Shown here: in pieces, positions 50,280 to 60,745 of the stretch
Layout: each line of letters opens with the position of its first letter
Position numbering within the stretch: the first letter of the stretch is position 1
Origin: an uncultured Gammaproteobacteria bacterium
Lineage (GTDB): Bacteria > Pseudomonadota > Gammaproteobacteria > Competibacterales > JAHEDQ01
Assembly (NCBI GenBank): GCA_963783675.1
Contig: CAWAOU010000027.1
Coordinates: 13,221 to 77,220, forward strand
Length of the DNA stretch: 64,000 bases
Reading direction: 5' to 3'
Notes under the pieces: model-generated
The model's database searches: none
Seen by the model: the letters and a program-made list of their open reading frames with translations, nothing else
Told to the model about the DNA's origin: nothing
Made by a program: the position numbers and the translations under genes

Positions 50280-51521
50280 GCGTTGCCTCATATCTTAGGT
50301 AACCGAAAGGAGACCAGGATATGGGCAAGAACGAGAGGCAGGCCTACCTGAAGGAGATCCGCTCTCGCTACCGGCGTTCCGGCCGCCAAGCGAAGGGTCG
50401 CATTCTGGACGAGTTCTGTGCCGTATGCGGCTACCATCGAAAGTACGCCATCCGGCTTTTGCACCGACCTTTGAAGCGGGCTCGGCGGCGCATCGGCCGC
50501 CCGCCGGTGTATGGCTCCAAGGAGCTGCTCACGGCGCTGAAACGGATCTGGTTCGCCACCGACCAGATGTGCTCGAAGAGACTGGTGGCGGTGTTGCCTC
50601 TGTGGTTGCCGTTTTACCGTGATGCCTACGAGCCTCTCAGCCCCGAGACCGAGCAGCAACTTCGCACCCTCAGCGCCGCCACCATCGATCGGCTGCTCAA
50701 AGCCCACCGCGTGCGGGCCGGCAAGGGCCGCTGCACCACCAAGCCCGGCACGTTGCTCAAGAACCAGATCCCGATCCGGACCGATCACTGGGACGTGCGC
50801 GAGCCCGGTTTTGTCGAGGCCGACACCGTTGCCCACTGCGGCAACAGCCTGGCCGGGGATTTCATCTGGTCGCTGACCCTGACCGACATCAACAGCGGCT
50901 GGACCGAGAACCGCGCCACTTGGAACCATGGCGCCCAGGGCGTCGTCACTCAGATCCGCGACATCGAAGCGCGCCTGCCCTTCGCCCTGCAGGGCTTCGA
51001 TTGCGACAACGGCTCGGAGTTTCTCAACTACCATCTGCTGCGCTACTTCACCAAACAGCGCGACAAACCCGTGCCCTTCACCCGTTCGCGCCCTTACCAC
51101 AAAAACGACAACGCCCACGTGGAACAGAAGAACTGGTCACACGTGCGCCAACTCTTTGGCTATGATCGACTTGAAAGACGCGAACTGCTGAGTCTGATGA
51201 ATGCGCTCTACGCCAATCACTGGTCGGCCTACCAGAACCACTTCTGCCCGACGCTCAAGCTGCTGGAGAAAACGCGTATCAACTCCAAATACCGCAAACG
51301 CTATGAGCCACCGAAAACACCCTATCAGCGCCTGCTCGAGTCAGAACACATCAGCGCTGAGGCTAAGGCTCAGCTTCGCACCGTCCACCAATCACTCAAC
51401 CCGTTCGAACTCAAACGCGCCATCGAACAGAAACTACGGGCAATCTTTAAGATCGTGAAAGTAACCACCAATGTGAGGCAACGTCTCTGACCTTCGGTAA
51501 CCTTTAGCAATGAGGCAACGC
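50280..51521 (+). mobile_element. 1.24-kb insertion sequence with DDE (integrase-core) transposase; family uncertain (ISNCY-like?)
   Basis: Terminal inverted repeats GCGTTGCCTCAT...AGGTaACCGAA (50280-) and the reverse complement at 51521 (12 of 12 terminal bp identical). There is an extra subterminal copy of tgaggcaacg at 51473-51482. It bounds a single ORF. Confidence 0.75.
50321..51490 (+). CDS. DDE-type transposase (rve/integrase core domain)
   Basis: 389 aa. Candidate DDE triad in FVEADTV, FDCDNGSEF and NAHVEQKNW. N-terminal HTH-like region. Confidence 0.8.
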   Translation: MGKNERQAYLKEIRSRYRRSGRQAKGRILDEFCAVCGYHRKYAIRLLHRPLKRARRRIGRPPVYGSKELLTALKRIWFATDQMCSKRLVAVLPLWLPFYRDAYEPLSPETEQQLRTLSAATIDRLLKAHRVRAGKGRCTTKPGTLLKNQIPIRTDHWDVREPGFVEADTVAHCGNSLAGDFIWSLTLTDINSGWTENRATWNHGAQGVVTQIRDIEARLPFALQGFDCDNGSEFLNYHLLRYFTKQRDKPVPFTRSRPYHKNDNAHVEQKNWSHVRQLFGYDRLERRELLSLMNALYANHWSAYQNHFCPTLKLLEKTRINSKYRKRYEPPKTPYQRLLESEHISAEAKAQLRTVHQSLNPFELKRAIEQKLRAIFKIVKVTTNVRQRL

Positions 51522-51657
51522 GCGAGTGTCAACTGCAACCGACCGGCTGTGACAGATCGTTTTGCGGCGGTGCGCTGCTGGAATCGACACGGTGTTCGGT
51601 AGACTTTCCGATTTTGCCGTGCATGTCATACATGTTCGAAAAACGCTATTTTACCTT

Positions 51658-54387
51658 ATGTCCATAATCCGCACGAAGCTTCACCGGCCCAGGACGTTGG
51701 CCGACGTCGTCAGCCGCGATCGGCTGAACGCACTTATGGATCGCGGGCTCAAGGCGCCGCTGACGCTGGTCTCAGCACCTGCCGGTTACGGTAAGAGCGT
51801 ACTCGTAAGTCGCTGGGCGGATTCCCTGGATTGTCCCTGCGCGTGGATCTCATTGGACGAGTCAGACAGCGATCTGACACAGTTTTTCGACTATCTCGTC
51901 ACCGCACTTGACGCGTCTATGCCGGGCTCATTCCCGGAGGCAGCGGATTTGGTGGGAGCCGGTCAACTTCCGCCCCCCTCTGTGCTGGCTGGCCCCCTGA
52001 TCAACGAGCTGGATACGATTGACGGGCCGTTCGTCCTGATTCTGGACGACTATCACCGCATTGAATTCACTTCCAAGGTTCACGTGCTTTTGTCGCACCT
52101 GCTGGAGCATCCACCACGGTATCTGCACCTGGTTCTGATTTCACGGCGTGACCCGCCGCTTGCACTGTGGGCGCTGCGTGCGGCGTCCATGCTCAATGAG
52201 ATACGGTTGGCGGATCTGCGGTTTCACGACGAGGAAGTTGTCGCGCTTCTCAATGCAAGCGCGTCGACCGAGGTCGGCGCGGAAGCGATTGCAGATCTGC
52301 AGCGGCAAGTCGAGGGTTGGGCAGTGGGTCTGCGTCTGGCGTGTTTGGCGTTGGGCCATGCACCGGATCCAACGAGTTTCCTTTCGACTCTCGAAGGAGG
52401 TATCCCGCACACCCAGGGCTATTTGCTGCGCGAGGTGCTCGCCCAGCAATCACCTGAGCTCGGGCGGTGCATGCTGCGCTCGTCAATCCTTGACCGCTTC
52501 TGTCCCTCGCTGATCGACGCCGTCTGTCTGTCCGATGCCCAGGCGACACCCGCAGCACCTGGCGATCGCAAGGACATGGATACGCATCTTTGGCAGGAAA
52601 TGTTCACCATCGGCCTCGATGACCATGGCGAATGGTTCCGCCACCATCACCTGTTCCGGAAGCTTCTTCGGGAGCAGTTGTCGCAAGTGGCGACAGATCG
52701 GGAGATTGCCACGCTGCACCTGCGAGCCAGCACGTGGTTCACCTCCCGAGGCCTCATCACGGAATCCATCGAGCACTGCCTGGCGGCCGACGATGTGCAG
52801 CTTGCGTCCGAGCTCGTCGAGCGTCACGCAGAGTCGGAATTCGCCTCTGACCATTGGTACGTCGTCGAGCGCTGGCTCGCGATGCTGCCGGTTGAAGCCC
52901 GACACGCGCGCCCAATGTTGTTGCTTGCCGAGGCATGGGTCAGGAATCTGCAATATCAGTTGGCCCGTGTGCCGCCCCTGATCGATGCGGCGGAGGCGCT
53001 GCTGTGCACGGAGGAGCCGACGCCCGCATCAGAGCGCGCGGCAATGGGGCAGATCGCCTTGTTTCGCGGCTACCTCACCTACTACGAAGGGCGAGGCGAG
53101 GCCAGTCTGTGCAGCCTGGAAGACGCCGTATCGAGTCTGTCTCAGACAGAGTCTCCATTCGTCGCCGACGCGCAGATGTTCCTCGGGCTGGCGCGCTGCA
53201 TGGTCGGTCGGCAAGATCAAGCGGTGGCGGCGCTGCGGGCCAGCTTGGATGCGGCTGATCCATCGCAGATCTACCTGCAAGGCCGCCTGATCGGGGGGCT
53301 GCTCTTTGGTCATCTGCTCGGCGGTGACTTACATGCGGCGCAAACGCAGGCGCTTCGGCTGTCCTATTTGTCGTCCGAGCATGACCTGCGCTTGAACCAG
53401 GCTTGGAGCCGCTACGCTCTCGGCTGGACGCGGCTCCAATCCGGGGAGTTCGGAGCCGCGTTGGACGACTTCGAAGAGGCGGTTGAGCTACGCTACCTCA
53501 TGGAGCCCATGGCGGCCGCCGACGCAATTGCGGGTCTCGCTCTAACGCGGCAACTCATGGGGCTCGAGGCTCAGGCGACGCGCGGTCGTGACCAACTGCG
53601 GGGGTTTGCTCAGGAGCTTAACGGCACCGCGTATTTCGCGATATCGCAATCGTGTTCCGCGAGGCTCGCGCTTCTGTGCGGAAACACTGCACAGGCGCGA
53701 CAATGGGCGCGCTCCGTTGAGGACAATCCAAAGCCTCACAGCCTTTTCATCTGGTTGGAAGTTCCGCAGATCACGGCTGCCCGCATTCTGATTGACGAAG
53801 GTTCTCCTACGTGTCTGGAACGGGCGTGCAAGCTGCTGGGTGCAGTGCGGGAATACAGCAGCGGATGTCGATTCCAATGCCAGATCATCGAAGTGGCCGT
53901 TCTGGACGCTCTTGCCCTGGAGCGGCAGGGCAAGCAGGACAGGGCGGCCGAGGCCCTCCGGGAAGCGATCTCCCAGGCGAGGCCAGGGAGTTGGCTGCGG
54001 CCGTTCCTCGAATCGGGTGCGCCCCTAGTGCGACCACTCGAGCGACTGCGCGAACAGGGTGATGAGAGCGACTTTATCGATCGGATCCTGCGCTCACTCG
54101 GGAACGCGCGACGGAGCGCGACTGTTCACCAGGATGCATCGGGCGTTCGCACTGAACCCTCTGTCACAGTCGATCGCTTGTATCCGGATGTCCTCACCAA
54201 CCGCGAGCTCGACATTATCGAGCTGCTCGCCCAGCGCTTGCCTAGCAAGGAGATCGCCGGCAGGTTGTTCATCTCCATACACACCGTCAACGCCCATCTC
54301 AAGCGCATCTATCGCAAGCTCGATGTCAACAGCCGTCGCCAGGCGGTGGAGCGAGCGGCCCGGGCCGGGCTGATCGATCGGCGGTAG
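51658..54387 (+). CDS. LuxR-family regulator with N-terminal STAND/AAA ATPase and TPR-like middle region (MalT/LAL type)
   Basis: Walker A LVSAPAGYGKS, Walker B FVLILDDYH, long helical repeat region, and C-terminal LuxR HTH (LTNRELDIIELLAQRLPSKEIAGRLFISIHTVNAHLKRIYRKL). Start at ATG 51658. Confidence 0.85.
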   Translation: MSIIRTKLHRPRTLADVVSRDRLNALMDRGLKAPLTLVSAPAGYGKSVLVSRWADSLDCPCAWISLDESDSDLTQFFDYLVTALDASMPGSFPEAADLVGAGQLPPPSVLAGPLINELDTIDGPFVLILDDYHRIEFTSKVHVLLSHLLEHPPRYLHLVLISRRDPPLALWALRAASMLNEIRLADLRFHDEEVVALLNASASTEVGAEAIADLQRQVEGWAVGLRLACLALGHAPDPTSFLSTLEGGIPHTQGYLLREVLAQQSPELGRCMLRSSILDRFCPSLIDAVCLSDAQATPAAPGDRKDMDTHLWQEMFTIGLDDHGEWFRHHHLFRKLLREQLSQVATDREIATLHLRASTWFTSRGLITESIEHCLAADDVQLASELVERHAESEFASDHWYVVERWLAMLPVEARHARPMLLLAEAWVRNLQYQLARVPPLIDAAEALLCTEEPTPASERAAMGQIALFRGYLTYYEGRGEASLCSLEDAVSSLSQTESPFVADAQMFLGLARCMVGRQDQAVAALRASLDAADPSQIYLQGRLIGGLLFGHLLGGDLHAAQTQALRLSYLSSEHDLRLNQAWSRYALGWTRLQSGEFGAALDDFEEAVELRYLMEPMAAADAIAGLALTRQLMGLEAQATRGRDQLRGFAQELNGTAYFAISQSCSARLALLCGNTAQARQWARSVEDNPKPHSLFIWLEVPQITAARILIDEGSPTCLERACKLLGAVREYSSGCRFQCQIIEVAVLDALALERQGKQDRAAEALREAISQARPGSWLRPFLESGAPLVRPLERLREQGDESDFIDRILRSLGNARRSATVHQDASGVRTEPSVTVDRLYPDVLTNRELDIIELLAQRLPSKEIAGRLFISIHTVNAHLKRIYRKLDVNSRRQAVERAARAGLIDRR

Positions 54388-54436
54388 TCAATCGCCGTCA
54401 TCACGCCTCCAGTCGTTGTCCAGCCCCACCACTTAC

Positions 54437-54468
54437 CCAGTTTCTACCCTGTTTTTAGCCAGTTTCTA
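54437..54468 (+). promoter_or_regulatory. direct repeat CCAGTTTCTA x2 (22-bp periodicity), candidate operator
   Basis: ccagtttcta at 54437-54446 and 54459-54468, between the LuxR-type regulator and the downstream hydrolase/porin genes. Confidence 0.3.
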
Positions 54469-54661
54469 GGGACGCCGGGAACGCCGGCGCGACGCATACT
54501 CCTACCCATCGCTCAGGGTAAACGCCTGAGTGCAGGACGCCCCAAACCGGATGCCCTGCTTGCGTTCCGAAACCGTGATTGAAAGGGTTCCGGATCGGCT
54601 GATGGCAGTGTCCCGTGGACGGGCGGAGTTGAATGTCTGTAGCGATGAGTAACGCCCTGCG

Positions 54662-54958
54662 ATGATCGCACCACCCCGAAAAGCGCGCATCGATTTCGGT
54701 CGTCCCGCGCACTATCGAATTGTCGTTGAAGGCAGCTTGGGTGCGCAGTGGCGTCACCGCCTGGGGGACCTGGCAATCGTCACCACAATCGAGGGAGACG
54801 GGGTACCCCGAACGGCGGTCTCTGGTCGATTCGCGGATCAGGCGGCGCTGAAGGGACTACTCGACATTCTGTATGACTTGCATCTTCCCATCGCGCTGAT
54901 CGAGCAGATCGAGGACGCGACCAACCCAACCCCAAACCCTCTGAGGACAGAAACATGA
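54662..54958 (+). CDS. hypothetical small protein
   Basis: 98-aa ORF whose stop overlaps the start of the next gene (ATGA). The HYRIVVEGSL...DQAALKGLLDILYDLHLPIALIEQI pattern recurs in small proteins next to hydrolases (from memory, unverified). Confidence 0.5.
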   Translation: MIAPPRKARIDFGRPAHYRIVVEGSLGAQWRHRLGDLAIVTTIEGDGVPRTAVSGRFADQAALKGLLDILYDLHLPIALIEQIEDATNPTPNPLRTET

Positions 54959-55848
54959 GCCTTCCAGGAAAGACGATGAAGATCGGCGGCTACACCTACC
55001 ACGTCAGCGATCAGGGCGAGGGCGACAAGGTCGCCATGCTGGTCCACGGTATGCCCGACGACGGCAGCTGCTGGAAGTACCAGGCCCCGGCACTGCTCAA
55101 GGCAGGCTACCGCGTGATCGTGCCGGACACCCTCGGCTACGGCGGGACCGACCGTCCGGTGGAGGTCGAGCACTACAAGCTCGAGAAGATCATCGACCAC
55201 ATGTTCGAGATCATCGAGAAGCTGGGCCTGAAGGACATCAATTTGATGGGCCACGACTGGGGGTCGGCCATCACCTGGCCCATGATTCTCCAGCGACCGG
55301 AACTGTTCCGCAAGTACATCTCCATGTCCGTCGGACACATAGGGTGCTTTTACGGCCAGGCCTTCTCTACCCCGGAGCGGATTTACGAGGTCCTGATGCG
55401 CAACTGGTACATGTACATGCACGCCCTGGACGGGATGGAGGAGCTTTACATGAGGGACGATTTTGCGTTCTTCCGAAATTTCTTCTGTCAGCACCCCGAG
55501 GCGGAAAAAGTCATAGCGGCCATCAAGGAGACCGGCCGCATCGAGTGGCTCAACTACGACAAGGCCAACCACGTCACCCAGGACTATCTGGCGTATGCCA
55601 AAGATCCCGAAGGCTTCGGTCCGAGATGCAAGGTACCGGTCATGGTGATGTTCCCCGAGGACGATATGTTCCTTTGGAAAACCCAGGCCATCGACACCCC
55701 CAAGCTCATGGACGCCGAGTGCCGCATCGAGATCATCCAGGGCGGCCACTGGTCCATGCTCGACCACCCGGACGACGTCAATAGGCTGATGCTGGAGTGG
55801 TTCGAGTCAGAGCCCAGCACGGCGCGTGCGGATGTGAAAGAAGCCTGA
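54955..55848 (+). CDS. alpha/beta hydrolase (epoxide hydrolase / haloalkane dehalogenase-like)
   Basis: LVHGMPDD oxyanion region, GHDWGS nucleophile (Asp) elbow, and C-terminal GGHW catalytic His region. Confidence 0.85.
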   Translation: MSLPGKTMKIGGYTYHVSDQGEGDKVAMLVHGMPDDGSCWKYQAPALLKAGYRVIVPDTLGYGGTDRPVEVEHYKLEKIIDHMFEIIEKLGLKDINLMGHDWGSAITWPMILQRPELFRKYISMSVGHIGCFYGQAFSTPERIYEVLMRNWYMYMHALDGMEELYMRDDFAFFRNFFCQHPEAEKVIAAIKETGRIEWLNYDKANHVTQDYLAYAKDPEGFGPRCKVPVMVMFPEDDMFLWKTQAIDTPKLMDAECRIEIIQGGHWSMLDHPDDVNRLMLEWFESEPSTARADVKEA

Positions 55849-55940
55849 TCTGTCTGGCAAGGTGGTGGCGGCCAGTGCACATGCACCGGCCGCCACGGCG
55901 ATCAGCAGCAGATTGCAACGATAAACTGGAGTCAATTGGA

Positions 55941-57251
55941 ATGATTGCGCGCTTCGAAAAACCCGGTGCGCGACTGCTGTATCGTTTTTGCGTTACAGGC
56001 GTATGGGCACTGACGTTGGCTCAGGCTGCCTTCGCTCAAGACTTGAACAGCGAAGGGCAGCCAAGGGCTTTCGGTGGGCCGGATGCCGTACAGAACAGGA
56101 TCGAATCAGACAGCGTTTCAACAGATGCACCTCTGAAGCTGGATTTCCTGAAGCCCTGGTACCAATGGAAAGACAAGCTCAAGGAGGAACACGGCCTGGC
56201 GTTCGGGGTGGAGTACAACTCGGTGTACCTGACGGCCAGCGACCGCCTACCCGGTGCCGACAAAGATGCGGCTGGCGGTATCTTTCGCTTCAGCGGTGTC
56301 TGGGAGGCGTTTGGCCGGGGCTCGGCTCACCCTGGCAACTTGAGCTTTCTTGTCGAGCGCACGGACGAATTCACCAGTACGGGACCGAGTTCGTTACTTG
56401 GCGAGAGCCTGGGCTATGCCGGAATCTCAAACATTCCCTACAACGACGAAGGGTGGCGGCTCAACACGCTCTACTGGGATCAGAAGTTCCAGGGTGGAAA
56501 GTATGAGGTGGTCGGTGGTTACCTCGATATCAGCGATTACGTCGATGTATTCCCGCTGGTCAGCCCCTGGACAGATTTTTTCAATTACGCCTTTAGCATC
56601 GGGGTCGGCGCCCTCGACCTTCCCAGCGATGGCGCACTGGGGTTTGCGGGGGCGGCCTGGTTGACAGATACGGTCTACGCAATGGCGGGCTTTGTCGACG
56701 AGAATGCGGATGCCACCGATCCCTTGGAAGGGTTTGATACATTCTTCAACGATAGGGAGTACTTCAAACACGTCGAGATAGGCTGGACCGGGGCTTCGCA
56801 GGAGGCCTACTACCTCAACAACGTTCATCTGACCCTGTGGCAGGCGGATGAACGCGATGAGTCGGGCGTGGAGGACGGTTGGGGGGGCGTGCTGTCATTT
56901 AACCACACCATCGGCGACAAATGGCTGGTGTTCGCCCGGACCGGGTGGGCGGAGGACAGCGGCAGCCTGCTGGAACGGTCGGTCAGCATTGGGGGCGGCT
57001 ATACGCCCGGCGGCATGGCAACGCTGGGGTCGGGAAGCCAGTTTGGATTCGGCCTCAATTGGGGCCGGCCGAACGATGCCCTGTTCGGTACGAATCTGGA
57101 TGACCAATACGCAACGGAGGTCTACTATCGCTGGCAATTGGCCGATGAAATCGCGATCACACCGAGTCTGCAACTACTGATCGACCCGGCGCTGAACCCG
57201 GAGGAAGATACGCTCTGGGTAGGTGGTCTGCGGGCACGACTGGCATTTTGA
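55941..57251 (+). CDS. OprB-family (carbohydrate-selective-like) porin
   Basis: Signal peptide ...LAQAAFAQD. FGGPDAVQNRIESD and alternating beta-strand pattern ending ...GGLRARLAF (aromatic terminus). Confidence 0.65.
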   Translation: MIARFEKPGARLLYRFCVTGVWALTLAQAAFAQDLNSEGQPRAFGGPDAVQNRIESDSVSTDAPLKLDFLKPWYQWKDKLKEEHGLAFGVEYNSVYLTASDRLPGADKDAAGGIFRFSGVWEAFGRGSAHPGNLSFLVERTDEFTSTGPSSLLGESLGYAGISNIPYNDEGWRLNTLYWDQKFQGGKYEVVGGYLDISDYVDVFPLVSPWTDFFNYAFSIGVGALDLPSDGALGFAGAAWLTDTVYAMAGFVDENADATDPLEGFDTFFNDREYFKHVEIGWTGASQEAYYLNNVHLTLWQADERDESGVEDGWGGVLSFNHTIGDKWLVFARTGWAEDSGSLLERSVSIGGGYTPGGMATLGSGSQFGFGLNWGRPNDALFGTNLDDQYATEVYYRWQLADEIAITPSLQLLIDPALNPEEDTLWVGGLRARLAF

Positions 57252-57395
57252 TCCGCCGTTTCGTCACAGTTGAGGAAGCTGTGATCTGCTCGACAATCCC
57301 GTCACACCGACCGAAGTGGAGGGATCCATCTATTGCCAGAAATCGCGCATTACACCCATGACAAACGGGCAGTAGCCGCAATTGAAGTGACAGCT

Positions 57396-58649
57396 ATGAC
57401 TCATACCAAGCCACAACTGCTGTTTCCGATTGCAGCAGCACTGCTGATAGCCGGGTGCGCCGGCAATACCCTGATCGAGACCCCCAGCGTTTACGAGAAG
57501 ACCGGAACACCTTTGTTCGTCGACCTGGAGCCCGCGCTACAGGGGGATACGCTCGAGGTGCTTTACGTAACCGACCGCCTGCCGCAAAAGGTGCAATCCG
57601 GCGTAGCCACGTACGGCAGCGGGCGCTCCATGTCGAGCGCGCTGGGCGTCGCCCAAGTGGCGATCGAGCCCGATAACGGCAAACCGAACACCACACGGAA
57701 AATCGAACTGATGGCAGTCGACGAACTGGTCCGCTTCCCGGAGACACCGTATCTGTATCGTGTCGCGGACGGTGGCCGCATCGAGATCGAGCCAACCGCC
57801 GTCCTAGAGCGCGAAACTGCCTGGCTGGAGGCACGCGAACAGATCGTCGAGCGTTTGGCATTGACGCCCAAGAAGGACGTCTTCCTCGATGTGCACGGAG
57901 TCGGAACCGATTTTGATGGAGCGGTGCTGGAGCTGGCGGCGTTCTGGCATTATCTGGGGAGAGAGGGCGTTCCCATAGCTTACACTTGGCCGGCGGGCAG
58001 CGAAGGGCTTCTGTTCTTTTACACCACCGATCGGGAATCGGGCGAGTTCACGATACTGCATCTGAAAGAGTTTCTGCGCCTTCTCGCTGAGATTCCGGAG
58101 GTGGAGCGCATTCATGTCACAGCCCACAGCCGCGGCACGGATGTCGTGATAACGGCGCTGCGCGAGTTGATCATCGAGGCAAGAGCCAAGGGACTCGATC
58201 CTCGCACGCACCTCAAGGTCGAAAACCTCGTTCTTGTCGCCGCGGATATCGATCTGGAAGTCGACATGCAACGCAACGAGGGTGAGGCCATTGCCCCCGC
58301 GTTCGGCCGTACGACCGTTTACACCAATGCCGAGGACAAGGCCCTGGCAGCTGCTTCGGGCCTGTTCAGCAGCCAGCAGCGTGTCGGCAGCGTGGATCTG
58401 AGCGAGCTGACCGATCGGCAGCGGGAATTCGTGCGTCGCTCCAGCGATCTCGATTTCATCGTATACGAGGGCATAGGCGGTGGCTTCTTTCGACACGGCT
58501 ACTACGAAGATCCGGTAGTGAGCTCGGACATCCTGATGCTGCTACGCTACGGCTGGGGGCCCAACGAGGGTGAGCGCCAAGGTTTGCAACAGCTTGACGA
58601 GAACACCTGGCGGATTGATTCAACCTACTGGAGTACCGCAGGCCGATGA
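57396..58649 (+). CDS. lipoprotein, alpha/beta hydrolase of DUF900 type
   Basis: Lipobox LIAGC. HVTAHSRGTDV nucleophile-elbow-like motif. Length and layout as in DUF900 esterases. Confidence 0.7.
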   Translation: MTHTKPQLLFPIAAALLIAGCAGNTLIETPSVYEKTGTPLFVDLEPALQGDTLEVLYVTDRLPQKVQSGVATYGSGRSMSSALGVAQVAIEPDNGKPNTTRKIELMAVDELVRFPETPYLYRVADGGRIEIEPTAVLERETAWLEAREQIVERLALTPKKDVFLDVHGVGTDFDGAVLELAAFWHYLGREGVPIAYTWPAGSEGLLFFYTTDRESGEFTILHLKEFLRLLAEIPEVERIHVTAHSRGTDVVITALRELIIEARAKGLDPRTHLKVENLVLVAADIDLEVDMQRNEGEAIAPAFGRTTVYTNAEDKALAAASGLFSSQQRVGSVDLSELTDRQREFVRRSSDLDFIVYEGIGGGFFRHGYYEDPVVSSDILMLLRYGWGPNEGERQGLQQLDENTWRIDSTYWSTAGR

Positions 58650-59212
58650 GAAGGCGGTTGCTGCCAGAGCCGCACCTGACTATGCAATCAACTCGGCCTT
58701 GCTGAGGTGCCGAACCGATCTGTTCGCTCTGTCTCCGCTGGCATCCGAACGTTCACGAGGCGTGCCCGGGGCCTTGTTCGCGACGCGGACGCAAGCATCC
58801 GGGCGATCAACAGAGGGTTTGCCGGTGAATCTGGGAAAACCGAGGTCGGTCTGCCGGCGCCGCATCGATGAGAGCAGGCGGGCCTGACCGCGGTCGACGC
58901 GGCGAAGTCCCTGGTGTCACTTACGGTTGGGCTGCGTGTTCTGGCTCGCGGTACGTTCGATGCGGTGGGCTTGTTGGCAATAAAGAACAACATCCTGAGG
59001 CTGATCGGACATTAGAACGACGTTTGATGGCCCTGGTCCCGCGTGCAGTGGAATTGTGGGTGTATTCCCACCGCCCCGCTGTTGAGGCTACACAGTACGT
59101 ATGGCTGGTTTTCAGAGCCTCGTGATTCAGGGCTGTTCAGTGCCATAATCCATCTATGGAAGACCTCGGCATGGACGAGAACATGAACATCGCCTACGGT
59201 GCGGCCGTATCG

Positions 59213-60745
59213 GAGTATAAGACGAACAAACGCCCTTTTCCGAAAGTTGATCGTGTATCCCCAAGTCATCAAACAGTTGCCAAACCGCGTTTCAGTTTGG
59301 TGTCGGCCGTGATCGGCCCTTCTGGGCCGGCAGAAGCGGCCAAGATCGAGTAGTTCAGCCAATTTCTTAACGAATTCCCCGCATCGGGCCGAACGCGATC
59401 AAAGCCACAACGCTCAGCGTCGCAGTCGGGGGGTGTTACCGGGTAGCCCGGTTCAGTCGTCGAACCGTCCCGCCTGGGGCGGCGCCCGACACGGCGGCCG
59501 CCTCGTGGCTTGGGGCTCAACCGCTTTCGCATCCAGGTGGCTGAGGATCTTGTCGATGACCTCCGGCTGCTCGATGCAGGCGATAATCCGCACCGCCCCA
59601 CCGCAGGCCCGGCAGGTCTCAACGTCGATACCGAACACCCGCTTCAGACGCTGCGCCCAGGTCATTGAGGCGCGGCGTTCGGCCGGCGTCGCCTCCTCCC
59701 CATCCCCCGTCGCAGCACGCTGGCCTCCCCTGCCACGCTTGGCCGGTGTCACCCGCGCGCGGTATTTGCTGTTCGGCGCAAACACCCCGTGGAAACGGGT
59801 CAGATTGACTCTCGGTTTCGGCACCAAAGCGGCCAGCCGGGCAATGAAATCCAGCGGCTCGAACATCACATGCGTAGTACCGTCGCGGTACGGGGTCTTC
59901 AGCTGGTAACGAACGTTCCCATTCGCCGTGAGCGACAGGCGCTTTTCCGACACCGCCGGGCGGCTGATGTAGCGGCACAGCCGCTCCAGCTTCCCTCTTT
60001 CATCCGCTCTCGCCGCCACGCCCGCGTGCAGCGAGAAACCGGCCACCTTGCCCACCCCGTCATCGAACCGATCATCGCAGGCCGGCAGCGTCCGTAGCGT
60101 GAATACCTTGCGCCCCTGCTGCGGCCCGACAGCGATGCGGTAGGTGATCGACGAACCCAGGAGTTGATGCATAGGCCCGGCCTCGAAGTGGTCGCCGGCC
60201 AGATAGCAGTTCTCCGCATCGCGCTCCAGCAGCCCCTGCCGTTCGAGGTAGCGGCCGATACGCAGCGCCAGGGTCTGCGCCAGCCGGCTGAGTTCGGTGC
60301 TCGTCGGCGCCTTCACCCAGCGGAATCGGAGCGAGCCGTCCGAGCCCTCCACGTACACCCCATCGAGGAACAGCATGTGAAAGTGGATGTTCAGGTTCAG
60401 CGCGCTGCCGAAGCGCTGGATCAGCGTGACCGCGCCGCTCCGGGCCGTCTTGCAGGAAAAACCGGCCTTCTTGGTCAGGTGTGTGGCGATGCAACGGTAG
60501 ACGATGCCCAGCACCCGGCCCATAACAGCAGGGCGGCTGGCGAACAGGAAACGTAAGGGATACGGAACGCTCAACACCCACTGGCGCACCGGCTGCTCGG
60601 CAAACACCTCGTCCACCAGCAATGCCGCGCTCTCGGCCATGCGCCGGGCACCGCAGCTGGGACAAAAGCCCCGGCGTTTGCAACTGAACGCCACCCATTG
60701 ATCGCCATGGCAACTGTCGCAGCGCAGCACCACGTGCCCTGCAAA
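59213..60745 (-). mobile_element. IS91-family element, copy 2 (oriIS end intact, 5'/terIS side missing)
   Basis: Left boundary GAGTATAAGACGAAC is shared with copies 1 and 3. The right boundary is approximate, where the transposase frame merges with a truncated dehydrogenase gene. Confidence 0.8.

Noticed and set aside
58650-59212. Several 60-105-aa ORFs on both strands between the DUF900 gene and IS91 copy 2
   Set aside because: No motifs, mutually overlapping and compositionally biased. Probably non-coding or degraded remnants. One (59156-59353) merely reads from flanking DNA into the IS end.
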